In this document: positions 55,381 through 64,000 of the stretch, piece after piece
Layout of the letters: the number at the start of each line of letters is the position of its first letter
Numbering within the stretch: position 1 is the stretch's first letter
Assembly (NCBI GenBank): GCA_963850475.1
Contig: CAWKLM010000010.1
Span: 90,946-154,945, forward strand
DNA: 64,000 bases
Reading direction: 5' to 3'
From: Ilumatobacteraceae bacterium
GTDB lineage: Bacteria; Actinomycetota; Acidimicrobiia; Acidimicrobiales; Ilumatobacteraceae
The notes under the pieces: model-generated
What the model saw: only the letters and a program-made list of their open reading frames with translations
Told to the model about the DNA's origin: nothing
Database searches by the model: none
Program-made: the position numbers and the translations under genes

Positions 55381-56463
55381 TCAGTCACCGACGCGTTCTC
55401 CGTCCGGCCCAAAGAGATGCGCTGGGCCGCAGAAGGCGACGTGGACCTTGTCGCCGCGCTGGATCGTGGTCTGTCCCTCGGCGCGCACCTCGATGTCGAT
55501 CGGCTCACGCTGGTGAATGATGGTGACGTGTACGAACGACTCGGAGCCAAGTTCCTCGACGACCGACACCTCCCCTGCGATGCCTTCGGTGCCGATCTGG
55601 AGATGCTCGGGCCTCGCGCCGACCCCATATGTGCCGGGCCCTGACTTCTCCAGTGCGGCGGCGACTTCGGGCGAGAGGGGAACGTCAAGGTCGCCGATCT
55701 TGAGACCGCTGTCGCCGGTGACGTCGACGTCGATCAGGTTCATGGCCGGCGACCCGATGAAGCCAGCGACAAACCGATTCTTCGGGCAGCTGTAGAGGAC
55801 TGCAGGGGTGTCCACCTGTTGCAGCACCCCGAAGTTGAGAACAGCGACTCGATGTCCCATGGTCAGAGCCTCGACTTGGTCGTGGGTGACATAAACGGTC
55901 GTGACCCCGAGGCGAGCCTGCAGGTCGGCGAGCTCGGTGCGAGTCTGGACCCGCAACTTCGCATCGAGGTTCGACAGCGGCTCGTCCATCAGGAACACCT
56001 GTGGCGACCGGACGATGGCCCGACCCATCGCAACTCGCTGCCGCTGACCGCCACTGAGACTCTTAGGTTTGCGGTCGAGGTAGGGCTCGAGATCGAGAAT
56101 CCTGGCCGCTTCGCGCACTTGCTTGATGCGCTCGGCTTTCGGGATCCCCTGCTGCTTGAGAGCGAAGCCCATGTTCTGCGCGACGGTCATGCTCGGGTAG
56201 AGCGCGTAGTTCTGGAAAACCATGGCGATGTCACGGTCTTGGGGCGGACTGAGCGTCACGTCTTTGCCGTTGATGTAGACACTGCCCTGGTCGATCCATT
56301 CAAGACCGGCCAGCATCCGGAGTGCTGTCGACTTCCCCGAACCGGACGGGCCCACCAGGACCAGTAGTTCACCGTCGCCGATGTCGAGATTGAGCCTGTC
56401 CACCGCAGGCTCGTCGGTGCCCGGGTAGATACGGCATGCCTCGTCGAACTTCACTTCAGCCAC
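55381..56463 (-). CDS. Sugar ABC transporter ATPase (MalK/SmoK-like)
   Basis: GPSGSGKST, LSGGQRQR, MDEPLSNLD, TOBE-like C-terminus. Confidence 0.95.
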   Translation of the reverse strand: MAEVKFDEACRIYPGTDEPAVDRLNLDIGDGELLVLVGPSGSGKSTALRMLAGLEWIDQGSVYINGKDVTLSPPQDRDIAMVFQNYALYPSMTVAQNMGFALKQQGIPKAERIKQVREAARILDLEPYLDRKPKSLSGGQRQRVAMGRAIVRSPQVFLMDEPLSNLDAKLRVQTRTELADLQARLGVTTVYVTHDQVEALTMGHRVAVLNFGVLQQVDTPAVLYSCPKNRFVAGFIGSPAMNLIDVDVTGDSGLKIGDLDVPLSPEVAAALEKSGPGTYGVGARPEHLQIGTEGIAGEVSVVEELGSESFVHVTIIHQREPIDIEVRAEGQTTIQRGDKVHVAFCGPAHLFGPDGERVGD

Positions 56464-56592
56464 GGTCGGCCTCCTTCTGGTCGATCTCTCGCGTTGTTCG
56501 GTCGTCCCCATCGGCGGACCCGGAACCGATTCTGTGCTGATCCACACAACTGGCTCGCGCGGGACCGCGGTCGCCTACGGCAAGGCGACCGC

Positions 56593-57450
56593 TCACTTGA
56601 TCGCTCCCATGGCCAGCCCACGAATCATTCTCTTCTGGGCGACCCAGCCAGCCAGTACCACGGGGAGCACGACCAACGTTGACGCTGCGGAGAGTTTGGC
56701 GATGAAGTCCTCCCTCTGCGACTCGAATCCTGTCACCCAAACTGAGGCCGTTTGCGCACCAGAGGTATTGAGCTGGAGCGAGAGAAAGAACTCGTTCCAC
56801 GCAAAGATGAAACAGAGCAGCCCGGTCGCTGCCAAACCTGGGGCGACGATAGGCATCACCACCGAGATGAGCTGGCTACGTAGGCTCGCACCGTCAATCT
56901 GTGCTGCTTCGATGAGCTCCCTTGGTACTTCGAGAAAGAACGATCGCAACATCCAGACCGCGAGCGGAAGGTTCAGTGCCGTGTACATGATGATCAGTGA
57001 CCATCGGGTGTTCAACAAGTCGAACTCTTTGGCAATGATGTACACCGGCAAGATGCCGGCCACCACCGGCAAGAACTTGGTGGAGATGAAGAAGAAGAGT
57101 ATGTCCCTCCACTTGGCAACCGGTTGGATCGCCAACGCGAATGCAGTCGGCACTGCAAGAATCATCACGATCAGGGTCGACACGAGAACGATGACGAACG
57201 AGTTGGTGAACACCTCACCGAAACTCGCACGGCCCGGAATGTTCTCGGTCACAACGCGGAACTGGTCCAACGTCGGCTTGAAGAAGAAGACCGGCGTACC
57301 GTTTGCTTCATCCTCGGTCTTGAAGCTGTTCAGCACCATCCAGAGCACGGGGAAGAAGAAGATGATCCCCACCAAGTAGGTGAAGGCGGTGAGAAGCGCC
57401 CCGGCAAGACGGTTCGACCCGAAATCGGCGACATCAGTGGATTTGCTCAT
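56593..57450 (-). CDS. Polyol ABC permease (SmoG-like)
   Basis: EAAQIDGAS EAA loop, FAWNEF. Confidence 0.92.
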   Translation of the reverse strand: MSKSTDVADFGSNRLAGALLTAFTYLVGIIFFFPVLWMVLNSFKTEDEANGTPVFFFKPTLDQFRVVTENIPGRASFGEVFTNSFVIVLVSTLIVMILAVPTAFALAIQPVAKWRDILFFFISTKFLPVVAGILPVYIIAKEFDLLNTRWSLIIMYTALNLPLAVWMLRSFFLEVPRELIEAAQIDGASLRSQLISVVMPIVAPGLAATGLLCFIFAWNEFFLSLQLNTSGAQTASVWVTGFESQREDFIAKLSAASTLVVLPVVLAGWVAQKRMIRGLAMGAIK

Positions 57451-58391
57451 GCTGCGTCTTCCCCTTCCAAGAGACCAGAAAGAACTCGAAGTCCAAACGT
57501 GGCAAAGATGATGGTCACGATCACCACCAGGATGCTGTAGGCCGACGCTTCACCGAACCGCCAGCCACCTCCGATCGACGTCCGGAACACAAAGTACGGA
57601 AGGTTGACCGTCGAGGACACCCCACCCGTCAGACCCACGATGTGGTCGAACACCTGAATCAGGTAGATCGCTCCGAGAAGACCACAGAGTTCGATGTAGT
57701 GGCGAAGGTGGGGAAGAGTGATCTGTCTGAAGATCCCCCACTTACTGGCACCGTCGACTCGAGCGGCCTCGAGAACAGACGTTGGCTGGCTTTGGAGGCC
57801 TGCCAGCAAGATGAGCATCATGAACGGGGTCCACTGCCAAACCAACACGGCTATGACCGACCACAGTGGCCGCTTCGAGACGAACTCGTACGGCTCGAGA
57901 CCCAACAGGCCGGTGAACCAATTGATCATTCCGAAGGATGCGTCGAACATCTGCGTCTTCCACACGAGAGCTGCCACGACCGGCATCACGAGAAACGGCG
58001 TCAGCACGAGCGTGCGGACGAAGCCGACACCTCGGAACTTTCGATCGAGCAGCATCGCCATGCCCAGCCCGAACAACACCGAGAGAACCACGGCCCAGAA
58101 CGTCATCTTCGCGGTCACCCACGCGGCCTCACGGAAAAATCGATCGCCGAAAGCGAACGAGTAGTTGTCGAAACCTACGAAGGTTCGAGGGCTGGGCGGG
58201 TTCACCGTCCAATCGGTCAGGCTGTAGAAGATCCCGAGTATGAACGGAACCTGCGTGACGAGGATGACGAAGATGAGTGCAGGGAGCAGAGGAATCCGGC
58301 GTTTCCACCCTTCGCGTTTCTGAAGCTTCTTTGCCGCATCGCTCCGAACATTCGACGGAGCCTCGGCCGAGGTTCGATCGGATACTTGCAT
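57447..58391 (-). CDS. Polyol ABC permease (SmoF-like)
   Basis: WQWTPFMMLILLAGLQS..EAARVDGAS..ITLPHL. Confidence 0.92.
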   Translation of the reverse strand: MQVSDRTSAEAPSNVRSDAAKKLQKREGWKRRIPLLPALIFVILVTQVPFILGIFYSLTDWTVNPPSPRTFVGFDNYSFAFGDRFFREAAWVTAKMTFWAVVLSVLFGLGMAMLLDRKFRGVGFVRTLVLTPFLVMPVVAALVWKTQMFDASFGMINWFTGLLGLEPYEFVSKRPLWSVIAVLVWQWTPFMMLILLAGLQSQPTSVLEAARVDGASKWGIFRQITLPHLRHYIELCGLLGAIYLIQVFDHIVGLTGGVSSTVNLPYFVFRTSIGGGWRFGEASAYSILVVIVTIIFATFGLRVLSGLLEGEDAA

Positions 58392-58442
58392 CAGTTCTCC
58401 TTCCGAGAACGCCCAACAGACTCGGGTCACGAGGAGCGGGTT

Positions 58443-58484
58443 TCGTGCCGGTCGGCTGCACCGAAGTACAGCCGACCGGCACGA
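58443..58484 (-). terminator. Intercistronic stem-loop (16-bp perfect stem, cUUCGg loop)
   Basis: TCGTGCCGGTCGGCTG-TAC-TTCG-GTG-CAGCCGACCGGCACGA on the transcribed strand; no U tract. Confidence 0.65.
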
Positions 58485-58525
58485 CCTAGCTCACGACAAG
58501 CTTGCAGCTACAAGCTGCTCGCCTC

Positions 58526-59989
58526 TCAGGTGCTGAAGCGTGATGCAAACTCGTGGCAGGCCGAGATTGCGGCGTCGAGTCCATCGAGGTTTCCAGAACC
58601 GATGACCTCACCGAACTCACCGGTGCAGAAGTTACCGACCTCTTGGAACTCGGGAACACCGACGAACTGGACGCCGGGGATGCCAGGCCGGGGCGTGGTG
58701 CCCGGCATGTCGATTGGCGCCTCGGCCATTGCCTGCAGCGTCGGGTCAGCAAACGGTGCAACCACGCGGTACTCCTCGATTTCGTAGGTCGACTCGCGGG
58801 TGCCCGGCGGGATGTTGGCCCAGCCACCGTCGATCAGTTCGCCGGCTGCAGCGATGTACTCCGCGCTGGTCGCCCAGCTGATGTAGTCCCATGCAGCGTC
58901 CTGCTTGTCGCTGGTGCTCGCGATGGCGAGGCTCCAGGCCCACAGCCAACCGGAGTTCTCGGTCTCCTTCACCGGAGCGGGCACGTAGCCGATCAGGCCA
59001 GCAACATCGCTGTCCGTCGCTTCGAGGCCGGATGCCGCCGACGTGGCGTCGTACCACATGGCAACCTGGCCTTCCTTCATGAGCGTCTGACACTCGGGGA
59101 AGCTCACGGTCAACGGATCCGGCACACCGGCTTCCTGGGTCAGGGAGATGTAGAACTCGAGCGCCTCACGGAACTCGGGCTGATCAACCTGTGACTCGCC
59201 GATCGAGCCATCGTCATTCGCTGCCCACCAGGTTCCACCGAAGGTGTTGAGCACCGTGGTGAACGCTGCGCCCTGGTTACCCCAGCCCGGCACGCCACGG
59301 AGGCAGATGCCGCTCATGTCGCCAGCGGCTTCGATCTCACGGGCAAACCCGTCGACCTCGGCCCAGGTCGGACGCTCGGGCATGGTCAGGCCCATCTCCT
59401 CGAAGACGTCCGTGCGGTAGTTGAGGAACGACGACTCTGCGTAGAACGGAGCGGCGTAGAGCTCTCCATCGAAGGTGAGGCCTTCCAGGATTGGCGGGAA
59501 GATGTCAGCCTGATTCCAGTCTGCGTCATTCGCAGCATACTCGGTGATCGGTGCAAGCCAGCCGGCCTCGCCGAACTGAGGAGCCTCGTACAGACCGATC
59601 ATGACCACGTCGAACTGGTCGCCCTCGGTGGCAACGTCACGGGTGGTGACCTCGCGAAGCTCGTTCTCCGGAAGGACGGTGTAGTTGATCGTGACGCCCG
59701 TCTCGTCGGTGTAGAGAGAAGGAGTCAGCTCAATAATGTCCTCCATCTGAGGATTCTGAACGATCGCGACGTTCAGTGTCACGTCACCTTCAACGGCGGG
59801 CTCGGCGGTGGTGTCGTCGGTAGCGTCGGCGGTGGTGTCGTCGGTAGCGTCGGCGGTGGTGTCGGCGGTGGTGTCGGCGGTGGTGTCGGCGCCATCGTCG
59901 TCGCTTCCGCACGCTGCGGCCAGCAGAGCGAATGTCGTGAGAACTGCCGGGACGGCAGTCCTCGCCTGAATCTTTCGTGTTCGAGCCAT
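58526..59989 (-). CDS. Polyol (sorbitol/mannitol-type, SmoE-like) ABC substrate-binding lipoprotein
   Basis: LAAAC lipobox; LPENELR, YAAPFYAESS, GICLRG..GWG, AMWYDAT, GWLWAWSL, GVQFVGVPEFQ. Confidence 0.9.
   Translation of the reverse strand: MARTRKIQARTAVPAVLTTFALLAAACGSDDDGADTTADTTADTTADATDDTTADATDDTTAEPAVEGDVTLNVAIVQNPQMEDIIELTPSLYTDETGVTINYTVLPENELREVTTRDVATEGDQFDVVMIGLYEAPQFGEAGWLAPITEYAANDADWNQADIFPPILEGLTFDGELYAAPFYAESSFLNYRTDVFEEMGLTMPERPTWAEVDGFAREIEAAGDMSGICLRGVPGWGNQGAAFTTVLNTFGGTWWAANDDGSIGESQVDQPEFREALEFYISLTQEAGVPDPLTVSFPECQTLMKEGQVAMWYDATSAASGLEATDSDVAGLIGYVPAPVKETENSGWLWAWSLAIASTSDKQDAAWDYISWATSAEYIAAAGELIDGGWANIPPGTRESTYEIEEYRVVAPFADPTLQAMAEAPIDMPGTTPRPGIPGVQFVGVPEFQEVGNFCTGEFGEVIGSGNLDGLDAAISACHEFASRFST
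59802..59890 (-). repeat. 12/24-bp tandem repeats encoding the DTTA linker
   Basis: ADTTADTTADTTADATDDTTADATDDTTAE. Confidence 0.85.
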
Positions 59990-60033
59990 GAGCTCCCCCT
60001 TCAAGTGGTGACGAGCGGCACGGTGCCGTCTCG

Positions 60034-60121
60034 ACGAACAAAGGTCTAGTTGGTTTCATGTTGGATTGCAAGAGGAATCCCAAACTTGCCACACAAAGAC
60101 GGCCTGGACATCTTTGTTCGT
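60034..60121. promoter_or_regulatory. Divergent promoter region with ACAAAG boxes, candidate DeoR operators
   Basis: ACGAACAAAG 60034-60043 is the inverse of CTTTGTTCGT 60112-60121; ACAAAGA at 60093. Confidence 0.45.
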
Positions 60122-60140
60122 GTTGCTTTAGGGTGGCGCC

Positions 60141-61592
60141 GTGCCCCGTGACGTCGACCCTCTCTCTGTTTCTGCGGCCACGCTGCCCGCACTCTCGGAA
60201 CGGGTCGCGTCCCCGGCGTACGACCGGTCGAGCTTGCGACGCAGCATCGTGCACTTCGGTGTCGGCGGGTTTCACCGCGCTCACCTGGCCACCTACATCG
60301 ACGAGCTCGCGAACGGTGGCAACCGCGACTGGTCGATCGTCGGTGCCGGCGTCATGGCGTCGGACGCACGCATGGCCGACGTGCTCAGCTCACAAGATAA
60401 TCTCTACACACTCGTGTCGCGCGGCGCCGAGGAGTCGGAGGTCGCGATCATCGGCAGCATCGTCGACTTCGTCTTAGCGGTCGACGACGCGACGCCGCTG
60501 ATCGATCAGATCGCGAATCCTGACACGCAGATCGTCTCGATGACGATCACCGAGGGCGGCTACCCGGTGGATGACAACAGCGGTGAGTTCGTTCCGGCTC
60601 GGTCGCTGCCGAACGGCGCCTTCGCCATCATCGCCCTCGGCCTCGAGCAACGGCGGTCGAACGGTGGCGGCCCGCTGACCGTCATGAGCTGCGACAACAT
60701 CATGACCAACGGCCACGTGGCCCGCACAGCGATACTCGGCGAGGCAGCACGTCATTCACGCGAACTCGTCGAGTGGATCGAGGCGAACGTCCGCTTCCCG
60801 AACAGCATGGTCGACCGGATCACTCCGGCGACCACACCCGGCGACGGCGAGTGGCTGGAACAGACATACGGCATCGCCGACGCCTGGCCCGTCGTCGCGG
60901 AACCGTTTCGCCAGTGGGTCGTCGAGGACGACTTCGGCGGCGACCGCCTGCCGCTCGAGACGCTCGATGTCATCATCACCGATGACATCGACCCCTACGA
61001 ACTGACCAAGCTCCGCCTCCTCAACGCCGGCCACTCGTGCCTCGCCTACCTTGCTGCGCTCGACGGATTCGCCCGTGTCGACGAAGCGATGGCCGACCCG
61101 GTGCTGCGCGAGTTCGTCACGCGCCTGCTCCACGTCGAAGCCAAGCCGACACTTCCTGCAGCGGCGGGTATCGACCTCGACGAGTACATCGCGTCCCTCA
61201 TCGAGCGGTTCTCGAACCCGGGCGTCGGCGACCAGATCTCACGCCTGTGTCTCGATGGCACCGCCAAGTTCCCCAAGTTCCTGCTGCCCACGGTCCGGGC
61301 GCAACTCGCCGGCCATGACAGTCAGGGCGTCAACGTCGCTCGCTCCGCCCTCGCACTCGCCGGCTGGTGCGAGTACCTTGCGACCTCCGAAACACCCTCA
61401 CCCGATCCGCAGCTCGACCTCGCGATCAAGTTCGCGAAGGCGTCCCAGGACGACCCGTTGGCGTTCCTCGCGTTCGACGACGTGTTCGGAGCGGACCTCG
61501 CGACATCACCGGACTTCGCAAATGCCTTCGAAGCGGGGCTCACAGCGATCCGGCGTGACGGGGTACAGTCGGCCGTGCTGGCAGTGAGCTGA
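60141..61592 (+). CDS. Mannitol dehydrogenase family (long-chain polyol 2-dehydrogenase)
   Basis: IVHFGVGGFHRAH, TITEGGY, MSCDN, FPNSMVDRITP, EPFRQWVVED, KLRLLNAGH. Confidence 0.92.
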   Translation: MPRDVDPLSVSAATLPALSERVASPAYDRSSLRRSIVHFGVGGFHRAHLATYIDELANGGNRDWSIVGAGVMASDARMADVLSSQDNLYTLVSRGAEESEVAIIGSIVDFVLAVDDATPLIDQIANPDTQIVSMTITEGGYPVDDNSGEFVPARSLPNGAFAIIALGLEQRRSNGGGPLTVMSCDNIMTNGHVARTAILGEAARHSRELVEWIEANVRFPNSMVDRITPATTPGDGEWLEQTYGIADAWPVVAEPFRQWVVEDDFGGDRLPLETLDVIITDDIDPYELTKLRLLNAGHSCLAYLAALDGFARVDEAMADPVLREFVTRLLHVEAKPTLPAAAGIDLDEYIASLIERFSNPGVGDQISRLCLDGTAKFPKFLLPTVRAQLAGHDSQGVNVARSALALAGWCEYLATSETPSPDPQLDLAIKFAKASQDDPLAFLAFDDVFGADLATSPDFANAFEAGLTAIRRDGVQSAVLAVS

Positions 61593-61611
61593 GTCGTCGG
61601 CGAACCTCCTC

Positions 61612-62403
61612 GTGACGAACACTTCCGCCACCACCACCGCACTGTTCCAGTCGGAACGCCAACAGGAGATCGTCACCCTCGCGATCGAGAACCGGCGAGT
61701 GGAGGTCTCGGACCTCGCTCACCGCTTCAATGTCACGACCGAAACGATCCGGCGGGACCTCTCCGAGCTGCAAGCACACCGCCTCGTGCGGCGCGTCCAC
61801 GGCGGAGCAACACCGTGGGAAACGCGTGGCTTCGAGCCGCTGCTGTCGAAGCGCGACGATCAGCACGAGAGCGAGAAGCGGCGGATCGCGGTCGCAGCCA
61901 TTCAGGAACTCCCCGACTCCGGCTCGGTGATCATCGACTCGGGCAGCACCGCCGGACGATTCGTCGACGCGATTCCTGCCGACACGGGTTTGCGGTTCGT
62001 CACCAACTCCCTGCTGATCTCGCAAGCGCTGAGCGAGCGCTCTGATGCGGACGTGATCGTGATCGGTGGCAAGGTTCGCAAAAACACGCTGGCCATGGTG
62101 GACGCTCAGGCCGTTGAATCGATCGAACCGATTCACGTCGACACCGTGTTCATGAGCGCAGACGCCGCGTCGGCAACGGCGGGGTTGACCACGCCGTATC
62201 GCGAAGAGGCTGCGTGGAAGCGGGCGATCATCCGGTCGGCGCGTCGCGTCGTCATGTTGCTCGACCACTCCAAGTTCGACCAGGAGCAGTTCGTCCGATT
62301 CGCCGAGTGGTCCGACATCGACGTCTTGGTCACCAACACCGAGACCGATCCCGAGCAGCTCGCCGTGATCGAGGCCAGCGGCACGACCGTCGTCACTGCC
62401 TGA
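61612..62403 (+). CDS. DeoR/GlpR family regulator
   Basis: ERQQEI..LAHRFNVTTETIRRDL..RVHGGA, IDSGST, VTNSL, DHSKF. Confidence 0.93.
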   Translation: MTNTSATTTALFQSERQQEIVTLAIENRRVEVSDLAHRFNVTTETIRRDLSELQAHRLVRRVHGGATPWETRGFEPLLSKRDDQHESEKRRIAVAAIQELPDSGSVIIDSGSTAGRFVDAIPADTGLRFVTNSLLISQALSERSDADVIVIGGKVRKNTLAMVDAQAVESIEPIHVDTVFMSADAASATAGLTTPYREEAAWKRAIIRSARRVVMLLDHSKFDQEQFVRFAEWSDIDVLVTNTETDPEQLAVIEASGTTVVTA

Positions 62404-62404
62404 C

Positions 62405-63202
62405 ATGCCGACCGGACCCGTCCCACCAGGACGATCGCGTGGCCACCACCTCGAAGCCGTCGCCGTGGAGGTCGCCCAACTCGCCGCAGCACTCGTTCGG
62501 GCATCGACTGGACGGGCAGCAGCAGCAGGGACGAAGTCGAGTCCGACCGACGTCGTGACCGCCACCGACTTCGAGTCCGAGGCGTTGATGAGACGCGAAC
62601 TCCTCGAACGATGCCCCGGCTCGTCCATCGCCGGCGAAGAGTTGGAGGACGACTACGGGACGAACGCCGTTGCCTGGACCGTCGACCCGATCGACGGCAC
62701 CGTGAACTTCTTGTACGACCTCCCCGTCGTGTCGGTGAGCATCGCAGCGTCGATCGATGGGCACACGGTCGCCGGCGCCGTGGTCGACGTGCTGCGCTCT
62801 GAGACCTTCTCCGCGTCGGTCGGCGGCGGCGCTCGGCGCGACGGTGCACCGATCACCTCGACGGAAACGGTGGACCTCGGACAGTCACTGATCGGGACCG
62901 GGTTCTCGTACTCCTCGGAACGGCGCGCCGAGCAGTCCTCGATCCTCAACCGCCTCTTGCCCGTTGTGCGCGACATCCGCTGCATGGGGTCCGCTGCTTT
63001 GAACCTGTGCTGGATCGGTTGCGGGCGTCTCGACGGCTACTACGAGCACGACACGAAACCGTACGACTATGCCGCCGGCGCCCTCATCGTCGCTGAGTCG
63101 GGCGCTCGTGTCGAGTTGCCGGTCGACAACGGCGCCGGCCTCTCTGTCGCAGCGGCCGCAGGTGTCTTCGACCAGCTTCGGTCAATCGTCGCCCGCGACT
63201 GA
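62405..63202 (+). CDS. Inositol monophosphatase family
   Basis: DVVTATD, GEE, VDPIDGTVNF, GSAALNLC, YDYAAGALIVAESG. Confidence 0.9.
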   Translation: MPTGPVPPGRSRGHHLEAVAVEVAQLAAALVRASTGRAAAAGTKSSPTDVVTATDFESEALMRRELLERCPGSSIAGEELEDDYGTNAVAWTVDPIDGTVNFLYDLPVVSVSIAASIDGHTVAGAVVDVLRSETFSASVGGGARRDGAPITSTETVDLGQSLIGTGFSYSSERRAEQSSILNRLLPVVRDIRCMGSAALNLCWIGCGRLDGYYEHDTKPYDYAAGALIVAESGARVELPVDNGAGLSVAAAAGVFDQLRSIVARD

Positions 63203-63985
63203 GCTCGGCGTCGTGTCGCGCCAGATCGCCAGGAGACCAGAGACATCGAGGTCGGTCCGCTCGGCAAGGCGCCCCGCGGCGCGAAGCCGACGCCAGGTGT
63301 GGAGCGACGTCGGAGACACCGAGCCCCTGACCGACGCTGCGAACTCGGTCTGTATCGACGTGATCAGGTCAGGGGTCGCGCCGGGCAGGTGGCGAAGGTC
63401 GGTCGCCCCACCGCTCAGCAACAGCAATGTGCGAGCAATGTCTGCGGTCGGGTGGCCGACGGTGGCGTCGAACCAGTCGATCACCACCGGACCGTCCTGA
63501 CCGAGGAGGACGTTGCCTGGATGCAAATCGCCGTGCAGCAGCGCTCCGCCGACCGGTTGCTGATCGAGCAGCTCAGCGGCGCTCGCACGTTCGTCGGCAT
63601 CGAGCTCGTTCGACGCCGACAACTTGAGTCGAAGTCGGTCGACCAGGCTCGGCAGACCATCGGGTACTCCGGCCTCGTGGATCGAGCGCTGGATCGTCAC
63701 CAACTGCCGAACGAGGGTCGAGACGTCGGTCGGTTGGTCGAGCATCCTCTGCCACATGGACGGACCGTCGACGCGTTCGAAGATCACCGCGGCTCGGCCA
63801 TCGATGACGGTGACGTCCCTGACCTCCGGGGCTGGGATCCCGAGTCCGCGAACCGCCGTGGTGAACGCCGCTTCGACTTCAGCCCAGTGCTGAGGTGTCG
63901 CGGGGCTGAGGACCTTGGCCGCGCTGTCGGCTCCGAACCGATACACGTCCGAGGTTCGTCCGTTCGCGATGAGCTGGCCGAGCAC
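63182..63985 (-). CDS. APH-like phosphotransferase
   Basis: GRTSDVY, LLHGDLHPGNVL, IDWFDA; TAGGGT-N6-GTG leaderless start. Confidence 0.85.
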   Translation of the reverse strand: MLGQLIANGRTSDVYRFGADSAAKVLSPATPQHWAEVEAAFTTAVRGLGIPAPEVRDVTVIDGRAAVIFERVDGPSMWQRMLDQPTDVSTLVRQLVTIQRSIHEAGVPDGLPSLVDRLRLKLSASNELDADERASAAELLDQQPVGGALLHGDLHPGNVLLGQDGPVVIDWFDATVGHPTADIARTLLLLSGGATDLRHLPGATPDLITSIQTEFAASVRGSVSPTSLHTWRRLRAAGRLAERTDLDVSGLLAIWRDTTPSSVAGDD

Positions 63986-64000
63986 GGTCAAACCCTATGC

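Overview
GC-rich actinobacterial chromosomal window; the PARLLDTR surface repeats, F420 enzymes, furA-katG and leaderless genes suggest Acidimicrobiia/Ilumatobacter-like (inference). About 20 single-base indels split otherwise normal genes and look like long-read consensus errors. Layout: 1-24.7 kb catabolic, lipid, stress and surface genes; 24.7-32.1 kb a secreted ~2450-aa bacterial teneurin-like RHS protein with three near-identical 381-bp repeats and a Cys-rich C-terminal cargo; 36.1-37.9 kb a hidden UGSC-type selenoprotein (in-frame TGA in C-U-G-S-C plus a SECIS-like hairpin) fused to a large C-terminal domain and divergent from an Lrp regulator; furA-katG; 45-48.7 kb mobile debris (PemK/MazF TA pair, integrase fragment, IS256 fragment, and an IS110 apparently inserted in the IS256 terminal repeat); 48.7-63.2 kb a polyol/tagatose utilisation cluster. 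No rRNA, tRNA or CRISPR array was seen. Family calls come from motif recognition only; no searches were run.
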